A DNA stretch of 64,000 bases from a virus, in IMG/VR virus record IMGVR_UViG_3300042402_000989, positions 2,379-66,378 of that record, one strand, 5' to 3'. Under the pieces are notes generated by a model, which was not told where the DNA came from, did no database searches, and saw nothing but the letters and a program-made list of their open reading frames with translations. This document shows, in pieces, positions 31,705-41,227 of the stretch; positions within the stretch are counted from its first letter, which is position 1; every line of letters starts with the position of its first letter. The position numbers and the translations under genes were made by a program.

Positions 31705-32384
31705 ATTGGAATGATGTAATTAATAAAAAAGACTTTGTGTGGAATAAAAATACAGATTCGATAACACACAGTCTAACAGTAACTGATAGCAAGGAGTCGA
31801 GTTATAAACTACATAGTTCGATTTTTAAAATTGATCAGTCGTCATATTATGATTTTATAAATTTCTTAGAAAATGAAGTAGGAAGCATTAGTTCTATATT
31901 TGAATATGGTTGTGGTAACGGTGCATTGCTATATTATTTTAAAAACTATAAAAACATCAATGTAGGCGGTTGTGACATTAGTGAGTATTTTGTCGAATAC
32001 TGTAATAAAATAATAGAAAAAAATAATTTTTTTAACAACACAACGTCGATTAAAAGTAACAGCTATGATTATTGTATATCTAACAGTGTATTTCAATACT
32101 TTCCAGATTACGATTATGCGTCATCAGTTATAAATCAAATGCGTAGGATATCAAACGTAGGAGTTATGATAACAGACATTAAAGATATAGAAACACAAGA
32201 TATCTTTTTAGAAACACAAGCGTACAGACAACAGTTGACTATTAGTCAATTAAAAGAAAAATACAAGACCACTCCGCTAATGTTTTATAGCAGAGATTTT
32301 TTTAAAGATTTTGATATTATTGAAATGCCCGCTAGCTATCCAGATTCTGATTTAAAATCCTTTTGTGCAAAGCTAATACTATGA
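31701..32384 (+). CDS. Class I SAM-dependent methyltransferase
   Basis: FEYGCGNG, GCDIS, NSVFQYFP. Confidence 0.8.
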   Translation: MNWNDVINKKDFVWNKNTDSITHSLTVTDSKESSYKLHSSIFKIDQSSYYDFINFLENEVGSISSIFEYGCGNGALLYYFKNYKNINVGGCDISEYFVEYCNKIIEKNNFFNNTTSIKSNSYDYCISNSVFQYFPDYDYASSVINQMRRISNVGVMITDIKDIETQDIFLETQAYRQQLTISQLKEKYKTTPLMFYSRDFFKDFDIIEMPASYPDSDLKSFCAKLIL

Positions 32385-33283
32385 TAGAATACGCATACAT
32401 CGAAACAACAAATCATTGCAATTTACAATGTAGTTTCTGTAACAGGCACGAAGTAATCGGTGATTTGCAGCATATGTCAGTTAGTAAATTTAAACGCTTA
32501 TTAGACAAAATAGCGCATCATCCTATCAAAGAAGCAAAATTAATGGGCATGGGAGAACCCTTTTTACATCCAGAGTTTAATGTTATATGCAAAACATTTA
32601 AAGACTATTTTCCTAATGCACGACTTATTAGTGCTACTAATTGTCAATATAGTATGAATGTAGCTACTTGGTTTCCCGACAGTTTAAAGTATATTGACTA
32701 TTTGTATCTAAGTATAGATGGATATAAAGAAACATACGAGCGTGACAGGTCACCAAGTAAATGGTCTAAACTAATTAAATTTTTAGATGAATTACAAAAG
32801 GTAGACAGACATGATTGTCAAATTACATGCAACTATGTAGTTAATCCTAGTAATATCGACGATATACAAAAAGTATATGATGAAATTGTTTTACCTTATA
32901 ATCTAACTGAACTTAGATTAAACATTGCACAAGACTGGAGTGAAACGAGGTCTGTGCCGTTAGAATATACCGACGAACAACTAACCTATCTTAAAACAAA
33001 ATGGCAGTCTAGTATTAAAGGCCGAGGCGACTGGAATTTTAAGGATTGTTTTTGGGTTAAAACAGGATTATATGCAACAGTAGAAGGACGTATATTAGCT
33101 TGTTGTATGAATACCGCAGCAAAAAGTTTTGGTAATATATTTGAAAAATCAATTGAAGAAATACACAATGGAGTTGATTTTCAGAACGTCAAGCAAGGCT
33201 GCTTATCGAATACTCCTACTAAACATTGTGCTAGTTGCAGCTATAAAGAATTGGCGCCTGTATTAACTCAGCTAGGAGTATAA
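32381..33283 (+). CDS. Radical SAM protein with C-terminal SPASM domain
   Basis: CNLQCSFC, GMGEP; C-terminal CFW..GRILACC..FGNI..CASC. Confidence 0.9.
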   Translation: MIEYAYIETTNHCNLQCSFCNRHEVIGDLQHMSVSKFKRLLDKIAHHPIKEAKLMGMGEPFLHPEFNVICKTFKDYFPNARLISATNCQYSMNVATWFPDSLKYIDYLYLSIDGYKETYERDRSPSKWSKLIKFLDELQKVDRHDCQITCNYVVNPSNIDDIQKVYDEIVLPYNLTELRLNIAQDWSETRSVPLEYTDEQLTYLKTKWQSSIKGRGDWNFKDCFWVKTGLYATVEGRILACCMNTAAKSFGNIFEKSIEEIHNGVDFQNVKQGCLSNTPTKHCASCSYKELAPVLTQLGV

Positions 33284-33284
33284 T

Positions 33285-34307
33285 ATGATTAAGTATAATA
33301 AACATATAGATAACATAATTCGTAATGATACAGCATATGGTTCAATCGATGCATTAAGATTACATGCAAGCGAACGTGATAGTGTTTTTATACATAATAT
33401 GTGGAACGATTTTAAAAGCTCGTTAAGTCAATCAGATATCAGATACTATCCAGATATCGGCAAAGGTTATAGATTATTAGAAGATATTACTAAAATTGAC
33501 AAAAGTCATTTGATGTTATTTGACGGAAGCGACAGAGCAATACGTAATATATTTCAAATATATGTAGAACCAGGATCAAACGTTATAACAACGTCTCCAG
33601 GGTTTCCTATGTATGAAGTTTATACAAAAATGTTTAACGGTAATTTAATTGATATCTGTTATAGTAATATGCAGTGTCCAACAGATGTGATAGTTTCAGC
33701 TATCAATGATAAAACTAATTTAGTAATATTAAGCAACCCTAATAGTCCGTTGGGTAATTTAATTGACATAACTGATATTAACCGAATATTAGAAACATGT
33801 ATCAAATATAACATAATGCTTGCGATAGACGAAGCATATATAGAATTTAGTAATCAAAGTTCGATGTGCGAGTTAGCTAAAATTCATCCTAATTTAATAG
33901 TTATAAAAACATTTAGTAAAGCATTTGGAAGTGCAGGTATACGTGTAGGTTATACAGTATCTACAAAATCTAATAGAGATCTTTTGAACAAAATAAAAAG
34001 CATGAACGATATTACATCAATGAGTATATCATGGCTAGAAGTGTTAAGTAAATACAAAGATCAAATTGATAATTATGTCAATGATGTTAAGATAAATCGA
34101 CAGCATTTACTTCAGACATTAAAAACACACAACGTTAACCATATTGGTAGTTGCACTAATTTTATACATATTGATTTAAAAAAAGAGTTATCGAACATTT
34201 TAACCAAACAATGTCGAATTTTTAACACTAATTATGTAAGAGTTAGTATACCTGGTGATGAACAAAACTATAAACTATTATTAAATCAGATTCTGGAAAG
34301 TATATAA
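33285..34307 (+). CDS. PLP-dependent aminotransferase class I/II (HisC/CobD-like)
   Basis: GSDRAI, SNPNSPLG, IDEAYIEF, KTFSKAFGSAGIRVGY. Confidence 0.85.
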   Translation: MIKYNKHIDNIIRNDTAYGSIDALRLHASERDSVFIHNMWNDFKSSLSQSDIRYYPDIGKGYRLLEDITKIDKSHLMLFDGSDRAIRNIFQIYVEPGSNVITTSPGFPMYEVYTKMFNGNLIDICYSNMQCPTDVIVSAINDKTNLVILSNPNSPLGNLIDITDINRILETCIKYNIMLAIDEAYIEFSNQSSMCELAKIHPNLIVIKTFSKAFGSAGIRVGYTVSTKSNRDLLNKIKSMNDITSMSISWLEVLSKYKDQIDNYVNDVKINRQHLLQTLKTHNVNHIGSCTNFIHIDLKKELSNILTKQCRIFNTNYVRVSIPGDEQNYKLLLNQILESI

Positions 34308-34308
34308 T

Positions 34309-35820
34309 ATGATAATATGGGGATGGACAGGCATGTCCCACGATGCTAGTTTAGCAGTATTTAAACATAGCAGAAAAGGACTGTCAAATAAAACTGAATT
34401 AAAATTATTGTTTGCTGCACATAGTGAGCGTTACAGTAGAATCAAAAACGATAAGAACTTACACCCTGACTTGATCTCGGAAGCACTCACATATGGCGAG
34501 CCAACGGAAATTTATTACTATGAAAAACCGTGGCTCAAGAAAATAAGACAACTATACGCAGGACAATACAAGTTACTACGCAAAGAATCTCCTACTACAT
34601 ATATGCGTAGATACTATGCAGACGCACCTAAGTCTACTACAACTAGCCATCATTTAAGTCATGCAGCCGCAGGTTACTATACATCAAATTTTGACAATGC
34701 TGCAGTATTGGTTGTTGATAGTATCGGCGAGTGGGACACAATCAGTGTATGGCATGGAAAGAAACATAAGCTAAAGCGTACTTGGCATCAAACATATCCA
34801 GACAGTGTTGGTATATGGTACAGTGCAATGACGCAACGCTTAGGTCTTAAGCCGCAAGAACATGAATATATTCTAATGGGCATGGCTGCAATTGGTAAAT
34901 CTAAGAATGTATATCATCGTATGCGTAAAGACTTTATACTAAAAATGCCAACAGTTGACGATCCACGTGTACTATTTAAAGATAACTATCATCGTGGCTG
35001 TATGGGATGGGCGCCAGAGTTAACTAGTGTACAAGATTATGCTGATATTGCTGCAGCCACACAACGGTTATACGAAGAAATATTTGACGGCCTGGTACAA
35101 TATACTAAGAAACATGTTGGCACTGATAACTTAGTGCTAATGGGTGGGTGTATTTTAAATTGTGTAGCGAACAACATTGCTACAAAGTATTACAAAAATG
35201 TTTGGATTATGCCAAACCCAGGAGATGCGGGCAGCGCAATAGGTGCAGTGTTAGCACACAAGAAACAGTTTATTAATTACGATGTATATAGTGGAACAGA
35301 CATCCCTGGAGCGTATCCTGTACAAGAAGTTATTGACGAGCTGCTAGAGAATAAGATAACTGCAGTTGCATCTGGTCGTGCAGAATTTGGGCCGAGGGCT
35401 TTAGGTCATCGTAGTATACTCGCTGATCCACGTGGTGTAGAAGTCAAAGATCGTGTTAATAATATTAAACACAGAGAAGCGTTTAGACCGTTTGCTCCTA
35501 TGATACTAGCAGAAGATGTACAAGACTATTTTGAAATGCCAGTTGACAGCAGCCCTTATATGCAGTATATTGCAAGATGCAAGCATCCGGATCTGTTTCC
35601 TGCTATTATACATTACGATGGCACGAGTAGGGTTCAAACAGTAGGACCAAATGATTGTCCAGATGTTAGAGCATTATTAATTAAGTGGAAACGTTTGACT
35701 GGTTGTCCAATGCTTTTAAATACTAGCCTTAATATTAAAGGCGAACCATTGGTTAATAATAAGGACGATGCTGAGCGTTGGTCTAAAACGTATGGGATTA
35801 AAATATGTTTACCAAAATAA
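34309..35820 (+). CDS. O-carbamoyltransferase (NodU/CmcH family)
   Basis: HDAS, ERYSRIKND, HHLSHAA, MGGCILN, PGDAGSAIG, EFGPRALGHRS, REAFRPFAP, LLNTSLN. Confidence 0.92.
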   Translation: MIIWGWTGMSHDASLAVFKHSRKGLSNKTELKLLFAAHSERYSRIKNDKNLHPDLISEALTYGEPTEIYYYEKPWLKKIRQLYAGQYKLLRKESPTTYMRRYYADAPKSTTTSHHLSHAAAGYYTSNFDNAAVLVVDSIGEWDTISVWHGKKHKLKRTWHQTYPDSVGIWYSAMTQRLGLKPQEHEYILMGMAAIGKSKNVYHRMRKDFILKMPTVDDPRVLFKDNYHRGCMGWAPELTSVQDYADIAAATQRLYEEIFDGLVQYTKKHVGTDNLVLMGGCILNCVANNIATKYYKNVWIMPNPGDAGSAIGAVLAHKKQFINYDVYSGTDIPGAYPVQEVIDELLENKITAVASGRAEFGPRALGHRSILADPRGVEVKDRVNNIKHREAFRPFAPMILAEDVQDYFEMPVDSSPYMQYIARCKHPDLFPAIIHYDGTSRVQTVGPNDCPDVRALLIKWKRLTGCPMLLNTSLNIKGEPLVNNKDDAERWSKTYGIKICLPK

Positions 35821-35921
35821 AAAACTTTATAATGTATCCATGGACACGTTACAAAGAAAATCAACGTTTAAAAAAACGTTTAGAAGAATTACGCAAGCGT
35901 GATCCTTTTATATATGATTAA
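35805..35921 (+). CDS. Small 38-aa protein ending RKRDPFIYD (not in ORF track)
   Basis: MFTKIKNFIMYPWTRYKENQRLKKRLEELRKRDPFIYD; fills the gap between the carbamoyltransferase and the next gene, overlapping the upstream stop. Confidence 0.6.
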   Translation: MFTKIKNFIMYPWTRYKENQRLKKRLEELRKRDPFIYD

Positions 35922-35931
35922 GGTTTAAAAT

Positions 35932-36645
35932 ATGTTAGATGTAGTTCAAATAAGTTATTACGAAGAAACCGCAGACGAAAACTTTGAATACTTAAAATTA
36001 TTTGCACCCCACGCAAAACGTGTACAGGGTGTTAACGGCATTTTTAATGCACATAAGGCTGCAGCGGAAATTGCAGAAACAAGTCATTTTTATGTTATAG
36101 ATGCTGATGCTATTATAGAAGAAGATTTTAAATTCAGCTTTAGGCCAAATGCACGTAAGCTAGAATACGGTCATGTTCCAGAAACAGAGTGCGTATATGT
36201 ATGGCGCAGTCGAAATCCTGTAAACGACCTTGTTTATGGATATGGAGGTGCGAAATTATTTCCACGCAAAGAATTGCTAAAAGCTAAAAAATGGAATGTT
36301 GACATGACAACCACAATCGGGTGTCCATTTGTTCCTAAGTTTCAAATTAGTAACATTACTGCATTCAATACCAATCCGTTTGAAACTTGGAAAAGTGCAT
36401 TTAGAGAATGTGCTAAACTTGCAAGTAGCATCATTCCCAACGGTGATAACATAGATAATGAATATAGATTAAACATTTGGTGTAGTCGTGGTAAAGATAG
36501 ACCTTACGGCGAATACTGTATTATGGGCGCAAACCAAGGACGTGAGTTTGGATCTTATTATCGTAACGATCTAAAATCATTAAAAAAGATCAATGACTTT
36601 GAATGGTTGCGTAATCAATTTGAAAAAACAGTCGGCGAAGATTAA
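35932..36645 (+). CDS. Glycosyltransferase-like protein (DAD motif)
   Basis: ISYYEETADENF, AHKAAA, VIDADA, NDLVYGYGG, WKSAFRE; paralog of 16017..16994. Confidence 0.65.
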   Translation: MLDVVQISYYEETADENFEYLKLFAPHAKRVQGVNGIFNAHKAAAEIAETSHFYVIDADAIIEEDFKFSFRPNARKLEYGHVPETECVYVWRSRNPVNDLVYGYGGAKLFPRKELLKAKKWNVDMTTTIGCPFVPKFQISNITAFNTNPFETWKSAFRECAKLASSIIPNGDNIDNEYRLNIWCSRGKDRPYGEYCIMGANQGREFGSYYRNDLKSLKKINDFEWLRNQFEKTVGED

Positions 36646-36653
36646 CTATATCA

Positions 36654-37592
36654 ATGATTGATTATATTTTTCCGTTGCAAACACACGAAATTTTAGATCG
36701 TTACGAATTGCTGTATAGCAATAACGAACCAATATCTGATCTTAGACGAGCATATATAGATCATGATTTGAGTAGTGTGTTTAGGCTAGTTGGCTACTCT
36801 AAAGTAACTGGTAATGCGGATGATTTACGACGGGCAGTTATGGAGCAAAATTTGCATAGTATTTTCCGACTTGTCGACAATGACGAGTTAAGAAAATTAA
36901 TACTAGAAGACAACACATGGAAACTATGGCCGTTATTGTCTATGTATACTGATACGCAATTTACTAGTGCGTTAAAAAGTTTGTTTGTTAATAATGTTAA
37001 GTTTGATCCAGATTGTTTTAGCAGAGGTCAATTGCAAAGCAAGCAATGGGTTATTACGGAATTAGAGAAAATCAATAAACCTCTTGGCACAGTATTTTTA
37101 TGTGCAGGGTGGTATGGTATATTAGCCACTATGATTTTCGAATCGAATATACAAGTAAAAGCTATTAGAAGCTTTGATATAGATGAAACAACAGTTGATA
37201 TTGCGGAAACGTTTAATAAGCAATGGTTTGTCAATAATTGGCAATTTAAAGCATTGCCAATGGACATCTTAGATATTGATTATAATTCCTTAACTTGGCA
37301 ATATTGGAGTAACAAAAATGATAGAATGAGTTATCCTATTAGTGACAAACCTGATACGATAATTAATACTAGTTGTGAACATATTACGGAATTCAGTCGT
37401 TGGTATAACATGTTACCGGATAACAAGTTACTAGTATTACAAGCGAATGATTATAATGATTTAGATATGCACACTAATTGCTACAATAGTTTAGATGAGT
37501 TTGCAACACATACACCTATGAAAACAGTATTGTATTCAGGAGTATTGCAGCTAGAAAAGTATAATAGGTTTATGAGAATTGGATATAAGTAA
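36654..37592 (+). CDS. Class I SAM methyltransferase-like protein with N-terminal helical repeats
   Basis: LCAGWYG, SFDID, INTSCEH, RFMRIG; three DLRR-type repeats. Confidence 0.65.
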   Translation: MIDYIFPLQTHEILDRYELLYSNNEPISDLRRAYIDHDLSSVFRLVGYSKVTGNADDLRRAVMEQNLHSIFRLVDNDELRKLILEDNTWKLWPLLSMYTDTQFTSALKSLFVNNVKFDPDCFSRGQLQSKQWVITELEKINKPLGTVFLCAGWYGILATMIFESNIQVKAIRSFDIDETTVDIAETFNKQWFVNNWQFKALPMDILDIDYNSLTWQYWSNKNDRMSYPISDKPDTIINTSCEHITEFSRWYNMLPDNKLLVLQANDYNDLDMHTNCYNSLDEFATHTPMKTVLYSGVLQLEKYNRFMRIGYK

Positions 37593-37830
37593 TTTAACAC
37601 TACGAGAACTACAAACAGAATCAGCCCGGGCAATGGCGTGCATCGAAGCAACAAACAATAACATACATCGCTTTAATAAAGTTGCACATCATGACAGTCA
37701 AAAATGGTATCGTGCAGTTATCGAGTGGTATATAAAAGAATACAACGGGTTGCCCTCAATGGTAGGACCAGGTAAAGAAGTAATACTATTGCACGATAAC
37801 AGTACGTCTTTTATAAAAGATAAAAAATAA
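37579..37830 (+). CDS. Hypothetical protein
   Basis: 83-aa ORF (TTG start) filling the gap in the operon. Confidence 0.55.
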   Translation: MDISNLTLRELQTESARAMACIEATNNNIHRFNKVAHHDSQKWYRAVIEWYIKEYNGLPSMVGPGKEVILLHDNSTSFIKDKK

Positions 37831-37854
37831 TAATTTAAAGAGAAAATATTTAAT

Positions 37855-38592
37855 ATGACACAATTAATTTGCCTTGCATATCAACCTGGCGCATATGGTA
37901 GTTTTGTAAGTTGGGTTGTTGATAGATTTAGTGTAGAACGCAAAAAGCATCAACCAGTAGTTACTGATAATCCTTTGCTGCCAGACGGTAGTGGACACAA
38001 ATACGTTACTTACTGTAAAATACAAAACAATGACAATTTTATTGCAATGATGGATTTAGCAAGATCCAAAGAAAAACCATGGGACTATAATATATACGCA
38101 GGCTGGCCTGTGGGTGTTAGAGAAAAACTAAACCCTAGTATAGAAACTGCTATTAGTAATTTGCAAAATAACGATAAGATGATTTTGATAGAATGCACTA
38201 CAGCGGAAGAGCATTTAATGCGATACCTTCGCAATGAACCAACAATGGATCAAGCACGTTGGTACGGGATGATAGAAGCTACAGATGAGGATGACTTGCT
38301 TGTTAGACTCAAGGCAGATATTGCAGCAGAGTCGTTTAATAAAAAATACAGCAATGAAAATCTGCTACGTGTTAACATGCACGATGTCAATCATTCTAAA
38401 CCAACAGAGTTTTTTGATAAAATTTCTAATTTTCTTTCTTGGGAAGTTTGTGATTATGAATTGTTTGCTGAAGTATTCGAATATAGAAAAACACTTCAAC
38501 AGCCGTACTACGAGCAGTTGAAAAGAGTAGAGTTTGGCGATGTAAGTACACCTGCTGAACGAGTAGTATATAGATACATTAAAGGAGAATAA
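37855..38592 (+). CDS. Hypothetical protein, possibly sulfotransferase/P-loop-like
   Basis: N-terminal YQPGAYGSFV glycine loop. Confidence 0.5.
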   Translation: MTQLICLAYQPGAYGSFVSWVVDRFSVERKKHQPVVTDNPLLPDGSGHKYVTYCKIQNNDNFIAMMDLARSKEKPWDYNIYAGWPVGVREKLNPSIETAISNLQNNDKMILIECTTAEEHLMRYLRNEPTMDQARWYGMIEATDEDDLLVRLKADIAAESFNKKYSNENLLRVNMHDVNHSKPTEFFDKISNFLSWEVCDYELFAEVFEYRKTLQQPYYEQLKRVEFGDVSTPAERVVYRYIKGE

Positions 38593-38593
38593 A

Positions 38594-40054
38594 ATGGATC
38601 TAACAAGTTTATTTCCGTTGTTTAACCAATCAGCTGGTTGGATGTTAATATTACTGTATGGTGCCGTAGTATTTGCACTGACTGCGTGTTATGTTAAAGG
38701 CTATGCCGATAACAAGACTAGCTTTTTGGTTGCACGTAGAGAAATCGGTGGAACCGCAGGGGCGATGAGTACCGCCGCTGCATGGGCATGGGCACCTGCG
38801 TTGTTTATTTCAGCCCAGATGGCTTACATGAACGGTATTGCTGGGTTGTTTTGGTTTACGATCGGTAACTTTCTAAGTCTGATTATATTTGGCTTATTTG
38901 TACACAAGCTACGGGCAAGTCAACCATTGGGCTTTACACTGCCGGGCTACATTAAAGAAAAGTTTAGCAGCCGTGTGCAAAATATCTTCTTGTTAGAACT
39001 TTGGATGCTAGCAAGTTGTGCGTTTGCGATCAACGCACTTGCAGGATCTCAGGCAGTTCAAACTATTACAGGAATCAACTATAATTTGGTTACAGTTGCT
39101 CTTGCTGCTATTGCACTAGTTTATGCATTGCGTGGAGGCTTAAAAGCGTCCGTTGTAACTGAAATCTTTAAGATTGTTGTGTTATGGGTCGGTATACTTG
39201 TAGTTATTCCATGGGCATGGAGTGCTGCAGGTGGAAGCCTTACACTTTCAATCGGACTTGGTGGTATAACTGGCAATGGTGCAAGCCTAGTTAACGATTT
39301 TGCACTTGGTGTGTTTATGGCAGTAGGTATGAGTACCGCACTTGGACACCTTGGTGCGCCATGGGGAGACAACGGCTTTTATCAGAGAGCATTTGCTATC
39401 AAGCAAGATCGTATTAAGGCAGCGTTTATCGGCGGCGCATTTATCTTCGTATTTGTACCTTTGATGATCGGTTCACTTGGATTTGTTGCTGCAGGTGCTG
39501 GCTTAGAAATTCCAAAAGAACTAGTAGGTATGACTACAGTTATTACCATTGGTAGCTTCTTGCCAAGCTGGACAGTGCTTATTGTGTTGTTCATGTTGCT
39601 TGCAGGTCTTGTTGCAGTATTAGACAGTCAACTTAATAGTGCTGCATCACTAGTAGGACATGACATCAAAAACAAGTTTAGCAACGACGATAGCGAAGCA
39701 GCTAATATCAAATGGTCAAGAGGTGGTATGCTAGCACTAGCTACTATGGCACTTGTAATTGCAAACTGGCCAGGAATGACACTGTTGACAATTTTCTTGT
39801 TCTTTGGTGTGATGAGAGCAACTGTATGGTGGCCAATGATGCTGCACTTATGGAAGCCTGAATTAATCACTGAACGTGGTATGTTCTGGGGTATTGTAAT
39901 TGCGTTTATTGTTGGATTCCCTATATTTGTGTATGGTCAACAATTTGGCGGAGGCCCAGTGTTAACTATGACAGGAACACTAATAGCAATTTTCGGTTCT
40001 GGAGCATTAGCTTATCTGATAAGTGCTGTTGATAAAAAGAGAGTCGCAGTATGA
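38594..40054 (+). CDS. Sodium:solute symporter (SSS family, urea/amino-acid-like)
   Basis: About 13 hydrophobic segments; SFLVARR, STAAAWAW, GGLKASVVT, QRAFA, LDSQLNS; AAGGAG RBS. Confidence 0.88.
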   Translation: MDLTSLFPLFNQSAGWMLILLYGAVVFALTACYVKGYADNKTSFLVARREIGGTAGAMSTAAAWAWAPALFISAQMAYMNGIAGLFWFTIGNFLSLIIFGLFVHKLRASQPLGFTLPGYIKEKFSSRVQNIFLLELWMLASCAFAINALAGSQAVQTITGINYNLVTVALAAIALVYALRGGLKASVVTEIFKIVVLWVGILVVIPWAWSAAGGSLTLSIGLGGITGNGASLVNDFALGVFMAVGMSTALGHLGAPWGDNGFYQRAFAIKQDRIKAAFIGGAFIFVFVPLMIGSLGFVAAGAGLEIPKELVGMTTVITIGSFLPSWTVLIVLFMLLAGLVAVLDSQLNSAASLVGHDIKNKFSNDDSEAANIKWSRGGMLALATMALVIANWPGMTLLTIFLFFGVMRATVWWPMMLHLWKPELITERGMFWGIVIAFIVGFPIFVYGQQFGGGPVLTMTGTLIAIFGSGALAYLISAVDKKRVAV

Positions 40055-40680
40055 AAATGATTGTTCTTGTAGGACCACAAGGTTCGGGTAACCATTTATT
40101 TGGTAAAATATTCAGCTTGCATGAAGAAGTGCATGGTTGGAAAGATGCACTTACACCCGAGGGGTATTTTATACCCCACTACAAGGAACCATTTAACTAT
40201 TACTGGAATAATACAAACGAAATTGATATAAACATAATGGGCGGTAAAAAATACGCCGTAACAAGTATATCAAATCCTTATATCGAAAACTGGTTGCCTA
40301 AAGTGCCGCCAGTTTTTGATTTTATAAAAAAAGTAGAAGAGATCGGAATCAATGTTCAACTGGTAATTATTGGCAGAGACAAAAATATCTTAACACATCA
40401 ACAAACAAGACTACGTGGCGGCCCGACGTGGGGGAATATGCACCAACTTATACAACACTTAAAGTTGCCTCCGTTTTATATTAGTCAAGAATTACTATAT
40501 CTATATAAACAACACTATGTTAAGAGTTTAGCTCACTGGCTAGATTTCCCAATGGCATGGGATCATCCGCAAGTGGATGAAATATTAAAACAAGATGCTA
40601 ATGAAAAGTATATACATTCTACTCAACCAGGTTGGCTAGACGAGCATGTTAAAAAGATATTAACTCCGCCGACTGAGTAA
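40051..40680 (+). CDS. Sulfotransferase-like/P-loop protein
   Basis: LVGPQGSGNHLFGKIFSLH, IIGRD. Confidence 0.55.
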   Translation: MKMIVLVGPQGSGNHLFGKIFSLHEEVHGWKDALTPEGYFIPHYKEPFNYYWNNTNEIDINIMGGKKYAVTSISNPYIENWLPKVPPVFDFIKKVEEIGINVQLVIIGRDKNILTHQQTRLRGGPTWGNMHQLIQHLKLPPFYISQELLYLYKQHYVKSLAHWLDFPMAWDHPQVDEILKQDANEKYIHSTQPGWLDEHVKKILTPPTE

Positions 40681-40684
40681 CTCA

Positions 40685-41227
40685 GTGAAAGATTGCAAAT
40701 TAATGGACAAACACAAATTAATAAACTATTTTGAGAAAAGCTGGCAACCAGACTTTTCTAAATTCACACACAGTGGGTGGGCATTACTCGACGAAATCGC
40801 TCCATGGGAATCTGTATTAGATATCGGCTGCGGATATAACTTGTTTAAAGAACACTTAGGAACAAGATTACTAGGAATTGACCCTGCAAACGATGCAGCA
40901 GACATTCGTGTAAGCATTGAAGAATTTGATCCCGGCGATGTAAAATGGGACGCAATATTTTGCTTAGGCAGTTTAAACTTTGGAGATCACCATACTGTAT
41001 TCCAACAAGTAATGAAAGCAGTTTCAATGTGCAGATCAGGCGGTAGAATATACTGGAGGCAGAATCCAGGAATCAACGATCATCCTTTTAAAGGTGTTGA
41101 GGAAGTTGTATTCTTTCCTTGGACAGTTGAATTAAACTATGAATGGGCAGAACTACTAGGATGCACAGTAAGAGAATGCAAGTGGGACGGTAGTCGCATT
41201 TATAGTGAATGGCACAAAAATGTATAA
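40685..41227 (+). CDS. Class I SAM-dependent methyltransferase
   Basis: VLDIGCG, GIDP, DAIFCLGSLNF; start may be ATG 40703. Confidence 0.8.
   Translation: MKDCKLMDKHKLINYFEKSWQPDFSKFTHSGWALLDEIAPWESVLDIGCGYNLFKEHLGTRLLGIDPANDAADIRVSIEEFDPGDVKWDAIFCLGSLNFGDHHTVFQQVMKAVSMCRSGGRIYWRQNPGINDHPFKGVEEVVFFPWTVELNYEWAELLGCTVRECKWDGSRIYSEWHKNV

Noticed and set aside
33285-34307. Assigning hisC or cobD
   Set aside because: The family motifs are clear, but there are no histidine or cobalamin pathway neighbours, so the substrate cannot be assigned.
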